NCBI RefSeq assembly: GCF_009914755.1
Contig: NC_060930.1
Origin: the human T2T-CHM13v2.0 reference genome, Homo sapiens
Strand: one strand, 5' to 3'
Length of the DNA: 64,000 bases
Below are positions 12,401 to 26,692 of the stretch, piece after piece. The notes under the pieces are model-generated. The model was not told where the DNA came from, did not search any database, and saw only the letters and a program-made list of their open reading frames with translations. Every line of letters begins with the position of its first letter. Position 1 is the first letter of the stretch. The position numbers and the translations under genes were made by a program.

Positions 12401-15400
12401 CATTATTTAAGTTAGCATGATGGAATTTGTTTTGATTTTTACATAATTAATTTACATAATTAAACTAAGAAATAATGATTAGAAATAAAAATAATTTTCT
12501 TCAGATAGTAATAAATTAATCTATAATTATTAGTCAATTTTTAAAGGTGATTTCTTAGAAATAGAAATGTCTACTAACAACTTATAAACAATGAGGAAAG
12601 AGAAAATAAGACACATCTAAACAAAGGCTGATGTTCAGCATTAATCCAAGGTTGAAGAAGACTTTTTTTGTCTTTAATATCACAAGGCCTTTTATTCCTT
12701 AAAACTGAAGGTAGATTTTCAGTAAGAAGCTGCAAAGAATTTAACTTTTTTGACAATATGGAAAAGAAACTAAATTAACTTACTAAATATGCCATAATCT
12801 CTGAGGAAGTTTCTAATTTCTTTTCCTATAACTGTAACAAAGTTTGTATAACAAGAAAAATCTCAATAGAGTTAAGGCATTAATTATTTTCCCATTCTGC
12901 AAGTTACACAGGAGGAGGGGAATTATTAGCCGGAATGATAAAGCTGTACTTGCATTTGGTAACACAAAGAGAAGCTTACAAATGAGACGTCTCATTAGTT
13001 TGAGCAGATGGATCAAAATTAAAGGCTGAATCGCCAACTTTTGATTTCCCAATAGCCAAGAAGAGCTTGAAGTCTTGCAGAGTAGGACTGTTGAAAAGTC
13101 AACATGAAAAGATTTTCTCCATCTGTCATCACACATGCCTGAGTGGAACACAACTGCCTCCTACTGTTTTTAACACTTTTAAGGCAAAGTTGCACATAAA
13201 ATCTATTAAGTACACGAGCACGCAAGTTTAGATCACTAAAACCCATGGAATAGTATGATCAGAGAACATCAGCATGGTTTTTGAACAAGAAATTTGTTTT
13301 AATCCAAATAAGGAGAAACAAATTGAATTCATTTGTTTATTTAAGATAAAACTGTTAATTTTTTGCCTAAAAAGTGTTTAGTTGCCTGAGAGTCATAGTT
13401 CTTTTGTTTTCGAATGGACATGTATTTCAGTCTTCTCACTAATGGTTTGAAACGTAGCTTCTCTGATAAAACCAAAGTACTTAAGGAAACCAAACCAGGG
13501 AGAAATCCAAGATACTGAACAACTTGAAGGCAAGAAAAAAGCAAATTCCGAAGAGTATTCACTTTTTTTTAACTGATTGTGGGGAAGAAGGGGCAGGCAG
13601 CATGAGGTAGTAGCAGGAAAAATTCAATTAGTTTACTTAGATTAGAATAGACTGCATATTTCTTACTGCTGTACACTGTATTACTAAAACTGCCAAGATA
13701 TATTTGAAAAGTAACAGTTTACGTACACAGCCCCACAAGAAATAACTTGATTTTCCTTAATAAAAAGGAAAGCATATTTATGAAATATGTAATTGGCTGC
13801 TTAATAATAATGCGCTATCGTTGACCACTGTTATTGGTAATATTGTTATTAACCATGACCACTGTTAATAACAATGCACTAATATGTAGTTAGTTATAAC
13901 TATAATGAAATTCCAGAAGCAAATCTCTCTCTCTACATATATATACACACATCCACATAGTATACATACATAATTTACCATACTTACATGTATAACAAAA
14001 TATTTAAACAGAAAAGAATCTCAGAATGACATACACATATAGTTAGACTTCTCAGTCATCAGAGTTAGAATAATAAAATTGAAGAGTTTATTGGGCTGTC
14101 AGTTTTTTAGATAACGTGAAAAAACTGTTGAATTATATTTTTTTCATTTTCCGACAGATGGATATATACAAATCACCTACTTAAAGTTATAATTTAAAAC
14201 CTTATACAAAGACAGCTAGTGACTGGGATAACATTAACTTCAACCTCAATTATTATGAGTTAAAAAAAAACACAACTCAAAAACTATTCTACCGGGAAGT
14301 TCTTTGTTGACCTTCTAATACAAGCAGAAGACAGAACACTACAGCTTAGTTAAGGTCAAAGAAAAAAATAATCCTTTACGAGGTTCCAAGTTCCTGAAAA
14401 CAAACCTCTAAATGAGTCTCAATAATCAATGACTACTATGAAGTACCAGTTCTTGTGTGATGGAAAAAATCAAGGGTTGCCAACTTTATTGAAATAGGTA
14501 TATTTACCAAAATCAAATTGTTTAACAGTCGTGCTTTCCAAGTACCTACTCGGCAATTTTCTGTGCTGGATATAATACAAAGGCATTCAGCAGAAGCTGC
14601 CACATAGTAAGCTAACTGATTTTAGGCCAAATAGTATTGGCAGATCAACCTGCAAGTAGAAACCTTAAACAGAGCAAGCCTTTTCAGAAGACTGATACAG
14701 AGAGAGATTTCAGTTTTGGGCAACTTTATTATAAAGTTAAACATATAATGTAGGTACTTTCAAGAAATGAAAAATGATAGAACTTTGTTCTTCACTTATG
14801 TTGCAAAAGGGCTCTTAAGTTGAGATGATTGCATTAATGTAAAAGACCATTGCCTTATTGGCTTAGTACTTAAAATCTGAAGGCATTGGCCTAGGCATCT
14901 GTAATACTAGCAACACTAGAAGCAAATTTCAACTAGTGGACCATAGTCCTGATGCATTTCATATTTCTATCATCCTCATCTCACAAGTATGTTAAAACTT
15001 TGAAGACAAGACAATGCATCAAAATCAAATCATATTTACCACAGACTTCCCATGCATATGATGATATACTGAGAACTAAATCAACAGTATTTCCTTATAA
15101 CCCAGTCTTTTGTGGTAGGACCTGTCTTGCTGGGACACAAAAAGTAAAAGGACAACATTGTAGAAATCAGAAGAACTGATTAAAAATTTTAAATATAATC
15201 CCTTTACCAAAGCATTTATTTACATTTTAATGCTATCATTTCTATTTATGCTTCTGTCATATTTTTGAATGAGAAAAATACAACAGATTAGATAAACTAT
15301 AGGAATAAAAGAAAAAAAATTAAGGGAATAAAATGCATCAATAAAATGGAAGGACAAATACCAACAGAAGCTACCTCTGGTAGTGGAATTACCAGTGATT

Positions 15401-15699
15401 ATTTTTTCCCCTTCATGTTTGGTTTATGGTATGCCTAAGGGTTAAACTTTAAACTATTTCTTTATTCAGTCTCTTTTGTATTAATCTATTTATTTATTTG
15501 TTTGAGTACATTTTATTAAAAGATAAAAATTAAAGTTTACCTCTTTAATAGGGTAAAACAAAAGTGTGCCAGGCAGCTACTGCTAAGAGAGTAGAATTAT
15601 CACAAAATTGTCTATTTAAAATTAAGAATCCTTTAGAGGTTCACGATGATTGTCCCAATGTAGATGACACTTTTTACAGTATCCTAGACAAAGCATTGT

Positions 15700-16340
15700 C
15701 CAGCTATGGTCAAAAGAAGGATAGCTCCTTTGCAATTCAGTCTATTTCACTGTAGAAAAATTGCAGTTCCTTATATCTAGCTCTCCAGAACTTCCATGCA
15801 TTGGTTCTAAATCTCTTTGTGCAAAATAGAACATACCTTCCTTTCATATGACAGCCTTTCCATTACCACCACTTTCCCCCAAACCCCACCTGGATTTTCT
15901 CTCCTGCAATCTTAACATTCTGGTTTCTCTTGACCATTAACTCAAATTATATGTATTCCCAACTTCTCACAATTGTAATAACCTTCTCTTGAACCTCTAT
16001 TCTCAAAATATGATACAAAATGACCACAGTACTTGGTAACAAACCAAATTACAACAAAGTTTTCACCTTCCTTGATTTGAACTTTTTTCTCTCTGATGAC
16101 ATTTAAGGTGTCATTAGTTTTTTAAAGTGTATATAATACTTGTTTGAATTAAAGTGAATTTATTCAACTAAAATTATTTTTTCCAAGACAATGCTTCTTT
16201 AATTTATACCTATGAAATTTATTATTTGAGTTTAAATGTAGGACTTTACATTTATCCATTAGAAATTTTAGGATGTTGAATTTGAATACTGCCCAGTTGA
16301 GATAAATTTATATCTTGGTTCTTTCTTACATGATGTCCTA
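15700..16340 (-). mobile_element. Degenerate CR1/L3 LINE fragment
   Basis: L3-like stretches 'ccttcctttcatatgacagcctttc' and 'aaatgtaggactttacatttatcc'. Confidence 0.5.
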
Positions 16341-16436
16341 ATATTCATCATTGGCAAATTTTACACACATTTAGATGAAAATACATTCACTAGGAAAGAA
16401 ATCTCAGGGATGCCTCAAGAGACATCCCTCTAAACA

Positions 16437-16650
16437 ACACTTTTCAACCAAGGGCACTTATGTACCCCGGGGAACATCTGGTAATGTCTGGAGACAGTTT
16501 GGGTTGTGATATTTGGAGCGGGGAGAGCCACTGGCATCTACTGGGTAGAGACCAGGGATGCTGCTAAACAACTTACAGTACACAGGACACACCCTCCATC
16601 CCCCAAAACACAATTATTCTGTCCAAAATGTCAATATTGCCCATGTCAAC
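16437..16650. mobile_element. MER20 (hAT-Charlie)
   Basis: Diagnostic 'ggtaatgtctggagacagttt...actggcatctactgggtagagaccagggatgctgctaaaca...ccaaaatgtcaata'. Confidence 0.88.
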
Positions 16651-17319
16651 AGGCAAAATACATATCAACTGGCTAGGATATATATATTAATCATATTTAA
16701 ATCACACTTAAAAAAATTCAGGGGCTAAAAGACCACAGTGTCACAGTATAAAACAAAAATGCAAGAAAGAATAGATTTTACTAATTGAAAATAAGTGTAC
16801 ATCCAAACCAATACATGAACAAATCGTGTGCAATACATGTGTTATTGCAATCATGATTTAGAGGTAACAATTGCCAATTAAGAAAAAACTTCACTGGTAT
16901 GACATCACTCTGTTTTCTATGCCTTAAGACCGAAAAAAAAAAAAAATCCAAAATGGCAAACATACATTAGATCATAACCTTACATAGCACTAGATTGATA
17001 ACAGTATTCAGAAGAAATGGCCTATGTTTATAAAATCCTATGTAGGTCTCCTGTGACAACAAAATGTTTTAATTCATTGGGTATACATTATGGTCATACG
17101 GCAAGACCACACAATGTGGCCATTTCTGCCAAAAGTCCATTTTAGGAAATTTATTTAAAGTAAATATTTAAACAAAAATAACAGGTAGAAAGATAATCAC
17201 TACAGTAGCATAATCTTTAATAACAGAAAACTGCAAACATTTAACGTACTTAATAATGGAGGAATAACCAATAATAACCAATATCAGCTTAATTTCAAAG
17301 GGACAGTGTCAAGTTCTGA

Positions 17320-17540
17320 AGACATTATGGGTTTTATCAACACAAACACCTGCATTTAAGTACTGGTGCCTCTCTTAACTAGCTCTGTGACCTTGGGAAG
17401 CTGCTTAACATGCCTTAGGTTCATTTCTCCCTTTAACAAAGAGAAATAATCATGTTATGTCAGAGGACTGGGAAGGTTAAAAGTCCAAAGAGACTTATAT
17501 GGTATCTGAAAATTAGAACCTGAATAAAGATTCCTTTTTC
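17320..17540 (+). mobile_element. MIR SINE
   Basis: Core 'actagctctgtgaccttgggaagctgcttaac'. Confidence 0.7.
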
Positions 17541-19348
17541 TCTCTTGCAAACATTAAAATTGTGAAGACCATGTAGAAACATTAAAAAATGTTTATTATT
17601 CATTAAGAAAAAGTGAATATAAAACTGTATATATGGTATAATTATAATTTAGTAATGCAGTATAACTAATAATTAATATTAAGTTTGAAGGAGCAAAATT
17701 AAAAGGCACATGTGTGAATGGATAAAAGACTAATGGAAAATGTATAAAACTGCAATTACAATGTTAAAATGGTAAAATAATAGAAAACTATAAACAATTT
17801 TAATATTGTCATTTTATTTTTATAGCTAACAAACAGTATAGGAGATATGTAGGTATTTCTACAAAACCTGAAGTCCCACTCTTACGGAAAACGAATGTCA
17901 TCACTAATCATTCAAAAACAGAAACTGTGAGACCTGTATACTAAACCTTACTTCTTAGGGCATGCATCTTAAAGAAGGATCATAGTTATCCTGCTCTAAT
18001 TCTTCTTTGCAGTAAGGCACTAAAATACAAATCTGGACACGATCTCAGATCCAAAAGTTTGTTAGTAGACTCTTAAACTGCAATCATACTTTACACAATT
18101 ACCCACAGGGCATTTTTAGCCAGACAAGAAAATAACTTAGAAGTCACACATTCTTAAAGAGCTCATGGATGGAAAAATATGCACACAAAAGATGGAGAGG
18201 TGATATTTATCTCTAAATTCTGCCTCAGCTGTGTGCATTCTCCATTCCTAAGTTCTTCATGCCCTAGAGCAACCAGCCCCTGGTAACCTGAAGACTTCTC
18301 TTGGGTATCCCATCCAAGTCTATCCTTTCTAACCATGCACAACTACTGTGAAACTAGCCCTCCAACTGACTTTGTCCTATCAGAATTTACCATAGTAAGA
18401 GCCTGCCCTCCTCAGTCACCTTTCATTTTGAAAAGTAAGGCAATGAATGGATTTACAATAAAAATAAAAGAGCTGGCAGTAAGATCTCATCTCTACTGAC
18501 TAAACGCCCCTAGCCAGCATCCAAGTTTTATAATTAATGATTCCTAAGGGGGCATCTTAGTCCCTACTACAGTGAGGGAATTATAACAGAAGAGATAGAG
18601 AGGAAAGTTCTCCTAGGATCCCCTATATTACAACATATGTTTGGGTTTTTATCTAAAATAGAAGATATAACTGCTACTTTTCCCAACATTTGGGGATACA
18701 GCTGCATTTTATTTTTTAAATAAATATTTTAAAATGTAACATCATCTTAATAAAAAAGCTAGAGTCATATAACAAATACGTTTCAATAATAATTATAAAT
18801 AGTATGATGAAGGCTATAACCCTAAAAGGCTAAGCAACCCGTAGCTTCTAAAGCCTCAAAATAGCTGTGGTACTGGCAGTAATAGCATTATTAAACTATT
18901 TACTCATATAAGCTTGAATTTACAATAGTCTATGTTTATTTATGTGTTTATACATGGCTACATTTATTTATCAATCTCAATAGGAAAAAATTTTCAAAAA
19001 TTTCTCTTTTTACTCTAAAAAAGTAACTTATTCTAATGCGAAGCAATCCTATGTTCCATACTAAAGTACCAGGTACCTCCTTACCTGGTCATTAAGCATT
19101 AACTATGACAGAAAAATAACAATTGCTTTAATTTCTAGGGGCAACACAATAACATTTCTATTAGTGGCCTCTTAAGATTTTTTCATAATGCATGCAAGTC
19201 TGATCAGTTACAAAAGATATCGTAAGATGTGGTAGGTATTTTCCTGACTAGATTAAAAAGATAAAATATCTACTATGTGTCCCACAGTAAAGTATTTATA
19301 TTTTAATTTCCATTAATTAAAAAGAGAAGAAATATTTAAGAGTACTCA

Positions 19349-19674
<326 letters not shown>

Positions 19675-19749
19675 CTATCATAGACTAGAAAAGGTTCTCT
19701 TGTGATGGAAGAAATGCCACCACAATTAAAAATTATGATGCAAAATGTT

Positions 19750-21660
<1,911 letters not shown>

Positions 21661-21966
21661 TGAGAAAACATTTAAATATTTACTGAATCTTTTTGATATT
21701 CCCTATACAAAAAGAGTTTACAGACCACAGGTACATTCCTTAGCTAACAATATAGTTTATATATTTTCTAATCTAAAACTTGGAAATAAATGTGCATGGT
21801 GATAACATCTAGCTACTTACACTGAATTTATGATACTCTTGCAAAGAAGGCTATACAGGACATTCCATTAGAATCTTTTTTGAAATGCTTTCAAAAGTTT
21901 CTCTAGACAGCATTTTGGGATCATCACACATACACTACAAATAAAACCTCACGAGGCAATCCAGAA

Positions 21967-22175
21967 CAGAGGTGGCAAATTATAGCCAGCAAGCCGCCTA
22001 TTTTTGTAAATAAAGTTTTATTGGAACACAGTTGCACCCACTTGTTCAAATATTGTCCATAGCCGCTTTCATGCTAAATAGCAAAGTTGAAGGAGCTGCA
22101 ACAGAAAACATAAGGCCCATAAAGCCTTAAATATTTACTATCAGACTCTTTACAGAAAAATTCTGCCAGCCTCTG
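21967..22175. mobile_element. MER58A (hAT-Charlie)
   Basis: 'tttttgtaaataaagttttattggaacacag...aaatatttactatc...ctttacagaaaaa' with short terminal inverted repeats. Confidence 0.88.
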
Positions 22176-22349
22176 ACCTAGAACAAATAGTTTTTATTTA
22201 GTAGGATTTTTTTAATTTAAAGAAAGAATATTGGCATTTTATATTTCTTTATTTTTAAAATGATAAATAATGCAACTCACAAAATAGTTTTTTATGAGGG
22301 TCAAAGGAGAACAATGACATAAAATAAATGCAAAGAAAGTGATATGTCA

Positions 22350-22575
22350 CAATAGTTAGCAGCTCATGGCCTGGATCTGAAAGTGCACTAGCAGAATGAC
22401 CTGAACATGTTACTTTATTTTGCAAAGAACTCCATTTTCCTCATCTGTCAAGTGAAGATAATAGTACCTGCCTCATAGGTTGCAGAGAAAATTCAATTGG
22501 TCAGTAAGTATAAGATAATCTTACCAGCTTCATACATTTATTAAGAACTAGAAAAGGTTAGCAACTATTATTCTT
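22350..22575 (+). mobile_element. MIR SINE
   Basis: 'ttttcctcatctgtcaagtgaagataatagtacctgcctcataggttg'. Confidence 0.75.
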
Positions 22576-23079
22576 GCTAGTATACAACTTAAAATACTTG
22601 TGATTTCCGAAAAAGTTATTCTTAAAACCAAGCACAATCTCTAGAGATTAGTTATGAATGTGATTTTAAAATTATTTCCTAAAAACAGAAAAAATGCCTC
22701 AAGAATGCTCAGTGTTCCAATGTTTAAGGAGGCAGTGTCCCATGCTCTCAAGTTCAAATCATCTTTGATTTATTTTATATACTGGAGTTGCAAACAAGAT
22801 TTAGTCTGGGAAAAAAAGGTTTCACTACTCTTAAAAGGAATTTAACAACCTAAGGGCCAGGAAAACACTTTACATGTCATAAAAGGCTCACATTGTTTTA
22901 AGAAATGACATAATAAAGTTATTCAAAGAACCGTGAACAATTGGGAAGTGGACAATTTTTATATAAGCAATTATTATCACTTCACTTTGTCTTTAACAAT
23001 CTTGATGGGAGTATATTGAACATGGAGAATTAAAAAATAAAAGTGCTTAATTTCTAAACACCATCAAACAATACAAAAC

Positions 23080-23085
23080 TTTATT
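23080..23085 (-). terminator. Candidate intronic polyadenylation signal (AATAAA)
   Basis: tttatt on + strand, ~300 nt downstream of the weak donor at 23383. TGTA lies just upstream (23094-23097) and a GT/T-rich tract (GTTTTGTATTGTTTGATGGTGTTT) just downstream. Confidence 0.5.
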
Positions 23086-23340
23086 ATATATATTACATTT
23101 CAATTGATATTGCTTCATGAAAACAGTAAGAATATAATATTTAAAATTAAAAATGGCAAACAAAATAGCACGACCTATCAATACTGGGATGATAATATCT
23201 ATGAATATTTTTATGACTTACCCATTGGGCTAAAGCAGTTATTAAGAATTAGAACCTCTGAGTCATTGCCTCAGAATTAAAGAAAAATTTTCTTCTGAAG
23301 AGCGTAAATATTAATAATTTTTATCATTAAGCACTCTCTA

Positions 23341-23381
23341 AAAGCAGATAAATAAGTGTAAAAGCAGATAAAATAAGTGTA
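23341..23381. repeat. Tandem duplication (20/21-bp unit) at the start of the intron
   Basis: aaagcagataaataagtgta followed by aaagcagataaaataagtgta. Confidence 0.95.
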
Positions 23382-23382
23382 C

Positions 23383-23454
23383 CTGGTGTCCAGCCTTTAC
23401 TTGCTTCAAAACATTTTCATAACATACTTCATCCATGTTATTCAACTGCTGCAT
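23383..23454 (-). CDS. ASCC3: ASCC3 internal coding exon (72 nt, phase 0/0; probably exon 13): MQQLNNMDEVCYENVLKQVKAGHQ
   Basis: Too short for the ORF track; translated by hand. Acceptor TTTTTTTTATGTTTTAAAATCTTCAAG|ATG, donor CAG|GTACAC. Continues ...KCANK in frame and ends just before helicase motif IV. Confidence 0.95.
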
Positions 23455-25995
23455 CTTGAAGATTTTAAAACATAAAAAAAATCATGTGAAACAATTATAA
23501 ACTTTCTAACTACAAATAAAATTTTGCCAATTACAATGCATTTTTTAAGCTTTCAGGCTATCTAGAATGCAGAGGTATCAAATACCTCATAAACATATAA
23601 CATATAACAATCCATTAAAAAATATGCAACGCAACTTAAAAGTACAAATATAGTAACTCAGATAATAGTTTCTGAGTACTAACTTTCTAAACCCACCAAG
23701 TTTTTAAAATACAGTATCTTTAAGGATATTCTTGTTAGTTACAAATATTTTAGAATAATTTTTAAAGTTCTCTCTGCTTTTCTGAGAAGCCCATTCTCCA
23801 GGCTATTTTCCATATATTTCATTATATAAACCATAGAGCACACCTTTCCTGTATGATTCTAAATGTTGCGAGAACACTACGGATCAAGTGTCAAATGGCA
23901 CACAGAGCTAAAACATAAGGTAACACACTATTTCTGTAATGTATATTGAGAGAGGTTGCCATTCAGAATGCTTCTACAGAAACATTTTTCAGATTAATTG
24001 GAAATCTAATATAAAATTTATGAATTAAGAAAGGGTCTCTAAGTATTTAAGGTTATGGATATCCCAATTAAACTAATTTGATATTCAGTCAAATAGATTT
24101 GACCGAAGATTTTCATGTAAGTTAATACATGCATATAATTATCAATGTATTCATATAATTATGAATGTATTATGCCCACATATGCCCAGAAAATATGTAA
24201 ATCTACTATGTATCAATTTAAAAAAATTTAAAAGGGTCTCATATTCCTTATTAATGATGAGAAAGCTTCTAACCAAAAAGGTAAGGTGGCTAACCCAAAG
24301 GAGTAGGCATGTGACCCAGCCTATTATCTCTCCACTTAACATGTATTAGTAAGAGTTTAGAAGAGGATGAAAAGCATCATGTACATCTAAAATGACAATG
24401 ATTTGGATTTTTTGTTTCATTAATGTAAACATTTTAAAATACTGGAACTCTTATGACCTATAACGGCTAAGTAGGATGAGATGATCATAGGATAATTTAC
24501 TCCTCATGAATAATTTAAAAACAATCCCCACCCTCTACAAAAGACAAAACTCCCAATAACTTTTTCAGTGTACTTTGGATTCATTTCTGGCCAAAGCCAT
24601 TATTCCAAATTAGACATAACACTCACATCATTCTCCCATTCCTTTCATGATTATGATGGTAACGTACTGTAGTGAAATATACTTTGGATTTAATTAGCTT
24701 TAGGTGATTTAACAATTTGTATGATGCAACTGAAAGAAAATAAGGTTTAAGGTGGCTGACAAGCATGTGAAACAACTGTCTTCTCTTTATATCTCTCTGT
24801 GATAATCATCTGCTTATCTTTTAAATTATAAAGCTGAAAACATTCTAAAGCTATAAAAGAAGGTCTACATCTATCCTACTGATATGTTAAAAATGAACTA
24901 CATAATCAAATTATATTGAAACATAACTGAAAAAAACAAGCAGCAAATATTTCTGAAAAGCAGCACTTGAAACAATTATGAAGCTTAAAATATGCAGAAT
25001 TGTATATCATAAACTCTCCCTTTGTGTACAAGTCTAAAATGACTCCCTAGAATTCTAAAGATACCTAACATTCATGCAATGCAGTTACAGGGCATTAACT
25101 GTTGTATTATGGTAACAGTCACTTTGGATATTTTTAGGTGAATATTTTACCTATAATAATACAAGGTAAAAATGGCTCTATTTTACTAATGAAATTGTTT
25201 TTAGACAAGAAGTGACAGTAATACATTAAAGACTAAGGTTGACATAGTAACATGATTTTATCTTGTTCTCTTTTATTAAAAATGTCAAAAGGCCTGTAAA
25301 TATTTTCCTAAAACTATTCCTTCTACACAAAAAATAGGTGTTGTTGAATAGGATGATAATTGTTTAAATTTTAAGTAATGTTTTCCTTCATATTATAAAA
25401 TAAGCCTATCATAAGTACTCTAATAGTGTGAATAGTATAGGTAGTACTAATTTTAAAATTAGATAAACTTTTTAAAGCATAGAATTTTAGAAATGCCATT
25501 TATATATATAATAATAAAGGTAATCATAGAACATTGTAAGTTAAACAGAACACCTTCCTTGATGGTTGCTACTATGATATTATTTTCAATTGAGTATGAG
25601 GTACTATTATTTCTATTAAATGAATATCATCACAATATATATTACTTGTTTAATTGGAGTTTTTATTATTCCACAATGCCCTTCAATCATTTCACGTCAA
25701 AATAACGTAAAACTTTTAATAGCTGAAAATACGTAACATACATGGAAAACACCAATGCAAACTATGACAAGCTACTTTCTATAGGAGGACTTACTCTACT
25801 ACAAATAGTTGAGGAAGTATGCTTGATTTTGTCTAGGATATCACATCTGTAATGTGATTCAATGTTCTGCAAAAGGCCATTTCAGTGGACACCACAAAAG
25901 GCTGAAATGGTCTTTTGGAGTCTCTAACTCCAAACAAGTATTCAATAATAAGTCAACAAAAATATTTTTAGATAAGAATTAAAATGAGTATTTAC

Positions 25996-26172
25996 CTTAT
26001 TTGCACATTTAATCCCCAAAAATGTCTGTCCAAGAGGTACTGGTCGAAAACGGCCATCAAAGAAGAAAAGTCCAATGTATGGATTAACATGTAAAAATGT
26101 GGCAACATCGAGGTAGTTAGGTAAAGTTGCAGACAGTCCAAGAATCCTTATCATACTCTGTGTGGATTCCAC
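25996..26172 (-). CDS. ASCC3: ASCC3 internal coding exon (177 nt, phase 0/0; probably exon 12): [59 protein letters not shown]
   Basis: Helicase motif III (GLSATLPN) and FRPVPL. Acceptor CCATATAG|GTG, donor AAG|GTAAAT. Continues the previous exon in frame. Confidence 0.97.
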
Positions 26173-26397
26173 CTATATGGATTATTTTAATTAAATATGG
26201 GTTATTTAAATTAATTTAACCAAAAAACATTATAATTTGTCCTATTAATAGGACTTCTAAAAACTCTAGACAGAGATGAGTGTAGAGGTCAATTGAGGGT
26301 CCTATCATGTCAGACATTGTAGCCCATAATTCACAAGCTTGATTTAACAGATACATAGTAGAATTCCATACCCACTATAATTAAAAATACACATGAG

Positions 26398-26692
26398 GGG
26401 TGAGTGTGTTGGCTCACACCTGTAATCCCAGCACTTTGGGAGGCAAGGTGGGCGGCTTGCTTGAGCCCAGGAGTTTGAGACAAGCCTAGGCAACATGGCA
26501 AAACCCCATCTCTACCAAAAGAAAAAAAAATATTAACTGGTGTGGTGGCACACATTTGTAGTCCCAACGACTCAGGAGGCTGAGGTGGGAGGATCACTTG
26601 AGCCCATATGATCATGTCACTGAGCTCCAACATCGGTGACAGAGTAAAACTCTGTTTCAAAAATAAATACATGAATAAAAATAAAAATAAAA
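26398..26692 (+). mobile_element. AluJ with a small right-arm deletion
   Basis: 'gcttgagcccaggagtttgagacaagcct', 'ggaggatcacttgagccca' and an (A)n/TAAAA tail. Confidence 0.9.
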
